Below are positions 29,600-35,741 of a DNA stretch of 35,741 bases, piece after piece (within the stretch, counting starts at the first letter, position 1; each line of letters begins with the position of its first letter). The stretch lies in IMG/VR virus record IMGVR_UViG_3300019487_000065, positions 1 through 35,741 of that record; one strand, given 5' to 3'. Origin of the DNA: a virus. Below the pieces are notes generated by a model. It did no database searches. It worked only from the letters and a program-made list of their open reading frames with translations, and was not told where the DNA came from. Position numbers and translations under genes: made by a program.

Positions 29600-30180
29600 G
29601 TGAGTTTCCTGTCCGCGAACTTCTGCAGCAGAATCCCGTGCGCGTCGCGATTCCAGCGCGCGTCCGCGATCGCCTCGTGATGGCTTACGTCAGGCAAGAG
29701 GTCACGGAAGCGCCCGGTGAAGCCAATGAACTTCGACCAGATCTTGAGGTCGTGGACAAGCCACGGGAAGTGCTTTGGCAGGTCGATCATCTTGCCGAAC
29801 AGCTGGCAGAACAGCACCCAGTCGTAGCTCGCGTAGTACGCCCAGACCTCGATCTGCTCCTTGGGCTCGACAGTGATGAACTGCTCGATCGCGCGTGCGA
29901 TCTCGGGTCGACGCCGCCACTTGCAGTCTACGTTGTGGACATAGTCAAGTGCGCCGCGTCGCCACGTCGGATGCTCGGGGCACGTGCAAGCCGGAAGGTG
30001 CTTGAACACGTTCTCACGCAGCCAATCGTCGGCGCCGGTCGTGTCAGGCCGGCCATCGTCGCCAAGCCAATTGCTGTCGATGAAGTACAGCTCGCGGCCG
30101 TCTTCGCACACGAGCGCGATCGAGATCAGCTTGAGCTGTGTCCCGTCATCGAGAAATTCGGTGTCCAGGTAGTAGCGCAC
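29596..30180 (-). CDS. DEDDh 3'-5' exonuclease (DnaQ-like fold)
   Basis: GTG 30180 with AGGAG 6 nt upstream. The motifs are YLDTEF (Exo I), YYASYDW (Exo II) and HHEAIADARW (Exo III, Hx4D). Confidence 0.75.
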   Translation of the reverse strand: MRYYLDTEFLDDGTQLKLISIALVCEDGRELYFIDSNWLGDDGRPDTTGADDWLRENVFKHLPACTCPEHPTWRRGALDYVHNVDCKWRRRPEIARAIEQFITVEPKEQIEVWAYYASYDWVLFCQLFGKMIDLPKHFPWLVHDLKIWSKFIGFTGRFRDLLPDVSHHEAIADARWNRDAHGILLQKFADRKLT

Positions 30181-30188
30181 GTTCTCTC

Positions 30189-30620
30189 CTATTCGGGATG
30201 CTCTGCAAGCCACTTCGCGTGGCGCTCGTCGTCCCAGTAGTCGATCAGAATCAAGTGGATGCACAGGCGTGCTTCACCATCGACGATTCGCGCAGCGACC
30301 GACGGTATCGACCAGCCAACCGATGTCTTACCGAACATCGCGATGAAGTCGGGATAGACCGCGAAGCCATTCGGCAACATCACGTCGACGGAGTTGCTCG
30401 TGATGTCGATCTTACTTTCGCTGTAGATCTCCCAATAGAAACTGTTCTGCTCGACGAGCCAATCCGGGTGCGGTTTGCCCGCTGCATCGCACTCGGCTTT
30501 GAGCTGCTCGACGGCCTCGCGCTCTTCCTTGAGCCACTCAGCGTTCTCGCGTTCGAAGCGTTTGCGAACGTCGTCGCGGAACTGCTGCGCGACTTTCTCC
30601 ATCGGCCACTCAACGCTCAC
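30189..30620 (-). CDS. hypothetical protein
   Basis: GTG 30620 forms a GTGA overlap with the upstream stop. The alternatives are ATG 30602, ATG 30635 and the track start 30656. Confidence 0.55.
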   Translation of the reverse strand: MSVEWPMEKVAQQFRDDVRKRFERENAEWLKEEREAVEQLKAECDAAGKPHPDWLVEQNSFYWEIYSESKIDITSNSVDVMLPNGFAVYPDFIAMFGKTSVGWSIPSVAARIVDGEARLCIHLILIDYWDDERHAKWLAEHPE

Positions 30621-30847
30621 AGCGAGTACTCCCATGCGTCGAAGCTGCTGTTCCACGTCCAGCCTAGCGCCGCAACACGAGCCAGATCGCCATCACCAAG
30701 CATGTCGCGATGTACACCGCCGACGTAGATCACGTCGTGTTCGGCGCTGATGTCACCGGGGTTGTCGCGCGGGCTCAAGTACTCCTCAAAGATCTTGAGA
30801 CCCGTCGTGATCTTCTGGAACGTCGTCATGTCTTTCGCTAGCAACAT
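30617..30847 (-). CDS. hypothetical 76-aa protein
   Basis: ATG 30847 shares one base with the upstream stop. The N-terminal part of the track ORF overlaps the upstream gene. Confidence 0.5.
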   Translation of the reverse strand: MLLAKDMTTFQKITTGLKIFEEYLSPRDNPGDISAEHDVIYVGGVHRDMLGDGDLARVAALGWTWNSSFDAWEYSL

Positions 30848-31188
30848 CACACGTAGTCGACGGGGCGAACTGCCATATGGATGAGGGTCTCGCGTCCAAT
30901 CGCCTGCAGTTCTTCGTCGGTGAATTGCGGGTTCCGTCGCAGCCACAAATCGAACTCGTCATGATCGATCTGCTCGACCATGAACATCTGTTGTGCACCC
31001 TTGAAGTCGGTGAACAACATCGGCCCAGTCCACTCGCCGTGCCACATCGGATCGAGCGTTGCACCGATCGATTCGAGCGCGTCGAATATCGTCGCGTGCC
31101 CTCGCTGCTGAATCTTTGCGCGAACCTTGAGCGCGTTCGCTTTGAGTGATGCCGCCGCTGCTGCTGCTTTCAACTTGTCGACGTCCAC
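30847..31188 (-). CDS. hypothetical protein
   Basis: GTG 31188 with GGGAG 6 nt upstream. 113 aa. Confidence 0.55.
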   Translation of the reverse strand: MDVDKLKAAAAAASLKANALKVRAKIQQRGHATIFDALESIGATLDPMWHGEWTGPMLFTDFKGAQQMFMVEQIDHDEFDLWLRRNPQFTDEELQAIGRETLIHMAVRPVDYV

Positions 31189-31197
31189 GTTCGCTCC

Positions 31198-32145
31198 CTA
31201 GTTGACGTTGCGAAACACGACTAGCACACCGAGGTTCATTGCTTCACGTACCACAGCCGGTAGCGACTCCAGCGTGAACTTGGTGTCGCCCTTTTCGCCG
31301 GTCGCGTGGTTCACGAGGCAGATACCGGCGTCGATGATGTGCAGTCGCTCGTCACAGACGCACTCGAAGCGTCGACGTTCGAGCCGGTAACGCACGACCC
31401 ACTCGTTGCGGTTGCGCACCTTGTTCCAACTGAGCAGTTCTGCACCGCCGACCGTGAGCGCGGCACGTGCCGCCGTCTCGAAGTCGACTTTGGCCATCTC
31501 GCGACGACCCGCACCGTCACCGAGCTGCCTCACCAGATTCTGGCGTCGCTCCTCGGCGGCACGCTTAGCTTCTTCCTCGGCGCGTAGACGTTCAAGTTCA
31601 GCGCGACGACGTGCTGCTTCGATGCGTTGCCACACAGCCATCCGAAACGCTGCGTCGAGCGCGGGCGTGACGCCCTTGATGGCGTTGACGTCCGTCGCTT
31701 GGTCCTCGTACGCACGCAGGACATCTTCCTCGGGACCGAGCGGCATCTCGACCTGACGAAAGAACAGCGGACCGTCGGACGTGATGCAGCCAACACTGAC
31801 ACGCGCGAAGCGATCAACATCGTCGTTGATCAGGTTCACGCGCGGCAGTCGCTTGGCGACATCCTCGACGTTGATCACGACGCGATCGATGAAGCTCTCG
31901 GTCGCGAAGTGATCACCGACGAGGTAGCCGAAGTGCACCTGCCCAAGCGTGGCCGCTGATAGCTCTGCAGCTTCGTGCAACGTCGCCGTACGACCCTTGA
32001 GCAGCGTGAAGCTGTACCAGCCGTGTTCGGCCGGTGTGGGACCGACGAGCGTCCACTTGCGCGAGAACGATCGCAGCTCGCGACCGCCAATCCACGGCAG
32101 CACGATGCGTTCGTCGTTCTGATGCAGTAGGTCTCGCCAGCTCAT
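31198..32145 (-). CDS. hypothetical protein with central charged coiled coil, directly downstream of the vWA gene
   Basis: 315 aa. The ATG lies 3 nt after the vWA gene stop. It contains EAARRRAELERLRAEEEAKRAAEERRQ. No family recognised. Confidence 0.6.
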   Translation of the reverse strand: MSWRDLLHQNDERIVLPWIGGRELRSFSRKWTLVGPTPAEHGWYSFTLLKGRTATLHEAAELSAATLGQVHFGYLVGDHFATESFIDRVVINVEDVAKRLPRVNLINDDVDRFARVSVGCITSDGPLFFRQVEMPLGPEEDVLRAYEDQATDVNAIKGVTPALDAAFRMAVWQRIEAARRRAELERLRAEEEAKRAAEERRQNLVRQLGDGAGRREMAKVDFETAARAALTVGGAELLSWNKVRNRNEWVVRYRLERRRFECVCDERLHIIDAGICLVNHATGEKGDTKFTLESLPAVVREAMNLGVLVVFRNVN

Positions 32146-32148
32146 GTT

Positions 32149-34086
32149 TCACGCACACGCCCAAACGGGCTTCTTCAGCAGATCGGTCTTCAGGATTTGA
32201 TCAACGAGCGTCAGGCGCGGTGCCGCAACCGCTCGCACGGTGACCGGCGTCGCAGCGATCAGGGCTCGAATCGTGCGCGGGATTGCATACGTGTCCTCGA
32301 ACGTCTGCTCGTTGATCATGAAGCACGGAATACCGAGACGCTTCGCCGTCTCACGAACCGCGATGTTGTTCTCGCCGTTCTGCTGCTGATGACGGTACGC
32401 CGCTGCGCCGTTGTGCGGGACCGTCTTCACGAAGCCGAACGCCATCGGACGCAGACCCGATGCCGCGACCTGCTGATCGAACGCGTGCGCTTCCTCGTCA
32501 CCGACGAAGATGAACAGCGCGTCCTCGTCGGCCTGGGGCGGGTACTTCATCAGTTCACGCACGCCGGCACCGTAGTCGGTACCGCCACTCGCCGTGATGC
32601 CCTGGAACGCGTTCGTGACGCCGGCTGCCGATGCGTGCTTGAGCTTGACCTCACGACCCACCGTGTTGAACACGGCAATGTGCGTGCGATCGGCCGGGAA
32701 GCCCTGCAGGAACTTCGCGACGTACGTCTTCGCTGCCTCGATCGATGACTGCATCGAGCCCGAGATGTCGACGAAGAAGTAGACGCGGATGTTCTTCGCG
32801 ACTTCCTCGACGGCCTTCTTGATTGCCGTGTCAGCTGCCTCGGCGAGCTTGTCCTTCACTTCCTTGGACTGGACGTTCTTCGCGACGTTGAGCGTGCGCG
32901 AGTCCTCAGCCTTGGCGAGCGCCCTCTCCCAACGTGCCTTGATGTCGGGCACGTCGAGCAGACCCAGCTCTTCCAACGTTGGCGTTGCGATCACAAGATC
33001 ACGGTCCGAGAGCGCCTTCGCCTCGATCGCAGCTGCGACCACCGCACGCGTCAGTTGGCCCTTCGGCAGCCGACCCGTGATGGCCTTCCAGTCCGGCTTC
33101 TCGGCGACAATCCGCTCGCAGATCTGCGCCTCGGTCAGCTCGTTCCATGACTCAGCCTGCACGATGTTGATGTCCACCATCGTGCGATGACCGTCCTTGG
33201 ACTGGAGCTGCTTCCAGCGAAGCTCCTCGAAGAACTTGGGCGTGTTCGGCTTGTAGTGCACGCGGCGCGCGAGCTGGATCACCGTCTTGCGGAAACCCGC
33301 CTTGACGAGACCAGTCAGCAGCGGCGGGTTCTCCTCGCGATGACGTAGCCACTTCTCCGCGACCTCAGGCCAACGGCCAAGGAACGGGTGACGCGGCGAC
33401 ACGCCCAGGCCCATCTCGCGGTTGATCGCCGCGATCTCGGGCAGCATGAGCACCTCACGGATGCGCAGCAGGTTCTTGGCGTTCAGATCCTTGTCCTTCT
33501 TACGGATCAGCATCATCGCCTCGCCAATGTCGCGGAAGTCGTCGTCGTAGAACGCGACCTTGTCACCGTCGAGCACGGCGTCACCGCGACGCGTCTGCAC
33601 GAGCATGAACGCGGCGAGCACGACCTTGAGGTCGCGGTGGTCCTGGTTGAACGCATACGACGCCCAGCGCGCGGCGAATTCGTTGTCGAGCTTCCACACC
33701 TCGACGATTTGCTTGTACATCCACGCCGCGACCTCGGGGAAGATGCCCGCGTCGCGGTACTCGCCGATGATCGGATGGTTCGGGCTCGCGTCGGTGCGGA
33801 CGTGCTTGAGCACACCGTTCGGACCGACAGCCTCGGTGATCACACCGAGCTTCGTCTTGAGCGTCTTCTTGCCGCTCTTCGACAGCTTGTAGATGACCGT
33901 GCGCTTGGTGCCGTTGATCTCTTCGACTTTCGGCGTCACGGGTTCCCAACGCACGCCGACGTTGGTGCGCTTGTCCTCGATCACGATGCCGGGACGGCCG
34001 TGATAGAGGTGATCGGTGTAGGTAAGGACCGACGCGATGATGCGCTCGGCCGGACCCAGGTTCTCGCGATTGTTGACGTTGACCAT
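32149..34086 (-). CDS. vWA-domain protein with N-terminal TROVE-like helical module (Ro60/Rsr-like architecture)
   Basis: ATG 34086 with AAGGAG 7 nt upstream. The vWA MIDAS elements are FFVDISGSM, SGGTDYG and IFVGDEE. Upstream, GRWPEVAEKWLRH ... FRKTVIQLARRVHYKP parallels the Ro60 TROVE signature (WGRxLRxAIxxWY ... LLRLSHxKP) from memory. Confidence 0.65.
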   Translation of the reverse strand: MVNVNNRENLGPAERIIASVLTYTDHLYHGRPGIVIEDKRTNVGVRWEPVTPKVEEINGTKRTVIYKLSKSGKKTLKTKLGVITEAVGPNGVLKHVRTDASPNHPIIGEYRDAGIFPEVAAWMYKQIVEVWKLDNEFAARWASYAFNQDHRDLKVVLAAFMLVQTRRGDAVLDGDKVAFYDDDFRDIGEAMMLIRKKDKDLNAKNLLRIREVLMLPEIAAINREMGLGVSPRHPFLGRWPEVAEKWLRHREENPPLLTGLVKAGFRKTVIQLARRVHYKPNTPKFFEELRWKQLQSKDGHRTMVDINIVQAESWNELTEAQICERIVAEKPDWKAITGRLPKGQLTRAVVAAAIEAKALSDRDLVIATPTLEELGLLDVPDIKARWERALAKAEDSRTLNVAKNVQSKEVKDKLAEAADTAIKKAVEEVAKNIRVYFFVDISGSMQSSIEAAKTYVAKFLQGFPADRTHIAVFNTVGREVKLKHASAAGVTNAFQGITASGGTDYGAGVRELMKYPPQADEDALFIFVGDEEAHAFDQQVAASGLRPMAFGFVKTVPHNGAAAYRHQQQNGENNIAVRETAKRLGIPCFMINEQTFEDTYAIPRTIRALIAATPVTVRAVAAPRLTLVDQILKTDLLKKPVWACA

Positions 34087-34181
34087 GACGCTGCTCCTTG
34101 CCACCAGGCGCACGTATCCGTCGCGCCATCTTTCGATTCGCGCTACGTGGCACAACTCCACGTAGAACGAGGCAGCTGCGA

Positions 34182-34215
34182 GTGTTAGCGCCGGGTCACA
34201 AGCAAGTCAAGAGCA
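34182..34215 (-). promoter_or_regulatory. candidate promoter TGCTCTTGACT-N17-TAACAC
   Basis: On the minus strand the -35 TTGACT is at 34210-34205 and the -10-like TAACAC at 34187-34182. It includes the conserved 11-mer (34205-34215) and lies about 100 nt upstream of the vWA gene. Confidence 0.4.
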
Positions 34216-34492
34216 ACTTGCTCGCAACGCGATCTCCGACGATGTTATCGTAGGCCGTGGGGACGTCGAAGCGCGCGACACGCCGAAAGCGCCGACAACA
34301 GCGCGCCGCACAACGACATGGCCGTGCTGCAAAGCCGACCCATCGACTACGATCTGGACGCACTGGTAGCGCCCACGCAAAGAAACCGCGATCGCGTCAG
34401 CGATCTGCGCACGTAAGCATCGCGGCACAGACCATCGAGCAATCCGTGCGCTGCGCCGAGTGTGGCGCGCGCCCCGGAGAGCTACATCGCCA

Positions 34493-35491
34493 CTAACCCT
34501 CGAACGTGAAGGTCGCGATCGGGCGACTCTGATCGCCGTACGAACCGTCTGCCGCTGCACGCACACCGTACACGCGGTACGCCGCGTTCACGAACTGGTT
34601 CATGTTCTCGGGCGTGATCTCGATGTAGCGCATCGGCGTCGCCGAGTAGCCGCTCGGACCGCGTGTACCGTCTGCTGCCATTCGGAAGAGCTTGCCGTCG
34701 CGCACCACGAACAGCACGGTGTGATGCCACCAGCGCCACGTACCGTTCGCTTGCTTTGTCGACTGGCCGCAGACAAGGAACGTCGGCAGCGTCGCGACGC
34801 GATCGAGCAGCTCCCTGATGTCGATGACGTTCGAGACGCCCATGCGACGGATGCTGGAACCGTCGGGCAGGATGCGGAAGCACACGTCACCGAAGCCGCG
34901 CCACGGACTCGCACCGGGGTTCTGGTGCAACTCGGGACCCTTCTCCACCAGATCGAACAGCGACGGGATGTTGCCCGCGTGCGTGAAGTCCTGGTTGCGA
35001 CGGTTCAACCACGACAGGAAGAAGTTCGTGAACGACGTGCAGTGGAACGCCGGGTACGTGCGGTTGAGGACGTTGGGCCACTCCTTCACCGTGCCGCCGG
35101 TCTTGCCGGCGCCGTACGTGATGATGAACTTGTCGCCCTGCCACAGACCGCGTCCGGGTCCGTAGCGCACCGGCTTGCCGGTGATCGCCGTGACGAACGT
35201 CTGGAATGCGGTCCACGTCGAGCTGTTGCACGGCACGAACTCGGTCGGGGGCTGCGTCGTTTCATCGCTGGGCTTGTGCTTTGCGATGGCAGCGTCGAGC
35301 GCGCCTTGCGTCTGCGGACCCGCGATCCCGTCGTCGTCGACATCGGGACGATCGAGCTGGAACGCGAGCACGGCCGCCGTCGTCAGCTTGCCGTAGATAC
35401 CGTCGACGTCGCCGGGATCGTAGCCGCACGCCTTCAGCTTGAGCTGCAGCATCTCGACATCGGGACCCTTGTCACCTGGCTTGAGAATCAC
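34493..35491 (-). CDS. endolysin: N-terminal peptidoglycan-binding domain plus C-terminal putative Cys/His peptidase-amidase domain
   Basis: GDKGPDVEMLQLKLKACGYDPGDVDGIYGKLTTAAVLAFQ ... DGIAGPQTQGAL is a PG_binding_1-type repeat. The C-terminal domain has candidate catalytic residues FHCTSF and WWHHTVLFV (inference). Confidence 0.8.
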   Translation of the reverse strand: MILKPGDKGPDVEMLQLKLKACGYDPGDVDGIYGKLTTAAVLAFQLDRPDVDDDGIAGPQTQGALDAAIAKHKPSDETTQPPTEFVPCNSSTWTAFQTFVTAITGKPVRYGPGRGLWQGDKFIITYGAGKTGGTVKEWPNVLNRTYPAFHCTSFTNFFLSWLNRRNQDFTHAGNIPSLFDLVEKGPELHQNPGASPWRGFGDVCFRILPDGSSIRRMGVSNVIDIRELLDRVATLPTFLVCGQSTKQANGTWRWWHHTVLFVVRDGKLFRMAADGTRGPSGYSATPMRYIEITPENMNQFVNAAYRVYGVRAAADGSYGDQSRPIATFTFEG

Positions 35492-35741
35492 GTGTCGTCT
35501 CCTGGATCGAACTTGCCGTCGATCGGTGTGGGTGGCTTCTTCGAGACCTCGCGACCGTGAACATCCACGAGCGCGGCGAGTTCAGCAGCGAGCACGTCGG
35601 GCGTTGTCTTGCCCGACAAGCCGTCCTGCAAGCTCGCGAGCATTACCTCGACGGTCTGCAGCACATCTTGCGGGCGATCCGTGTCCATCCGCGCGAACGT
35701 CCGAATCGTGTCGAGTGCGGCGAGCGCATCCTTGGCGTCCA
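35488..35741 (-). CDS. hypothetical protein, possibly continuing beyond the right edge
   Basis: ATG at 35688, but the frame stays open to nt 35741 (DAKDALAALDTIRTFAR precedes the Met). The stop overlaps the endolysin start (GTGA). Confidence 0.45.
   Translation of the reverse strand, partial: DAKDALAALDTIRTFARMDTDRPQDVLQTVEVMLASLQDGLSGKTTPDVLAAELAALVDVHGREVSKKPPTPIDGKFDPGDDT

Overview
This is a high-GC (over 60% by eye), very densely packed, phage-like genome segment. I found no rRNA, CRISPR array, transposase, integrase or virion structural genes. The layout has four parts. (1) A + strand early/replication-type operon enters from the left edge (nt 1-9127) and continues at 9613-11374. It encodes a Prim-Pol with a PriCT-like domain, many small zinc-ribbon and DNA-binding proteins, and SLOG-like proteins. 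Almost every gene junction in it is an ATGA, GTGA or TGATG overlap. (2) An antisense (- strand) island at 11371-17144 encodes membrane-anchored proteins, a papain-like peptidase and a hexapeptide-acetyltransferase fusion. A lone paralogue sits at 9129-9515. (3) Two further + operons (17204-19463 and 19873-21208) are separated by a 409-nt AT-rich non-coding hub. (4) A long - strand block runs from the right edge down to 21447. In order it holds an endolysin, a Ro60-like TROVE/vWA protein, a DEDDh exonuclease, a JAB peptidase, a NUDIX hydrolase, a dCMP deaminase, a ThiF-like E1, an RNA operon, and a chain of small coupled ORFs. Most products are hypothetical. Many long Arg-rich ORFs in the track are off-frame artefacts of the GC content. 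The most interesting signals are:
- an RNA operon with one canonical initiator-type tRNA-Met plus three aberrant tRNA-like genes, two of which carry 58-64 nt inserted in the variable region;
- a candidate Ro60-like protein that could partner such RNAs;
- a ThiF-like E1 and a JAB peptidase in one operon with no visible ubiquitin-like protein or E2;
- an exact 16-bp palindrome present three times, only in leader regions of the membrane-protein genes;
- an expanded family of small CxxC proteins sharing a helical motif;
- a promoter grammar that implies many leaderless transcripts.
All domain calls come from motif recognition by eye and memory, not from searches.
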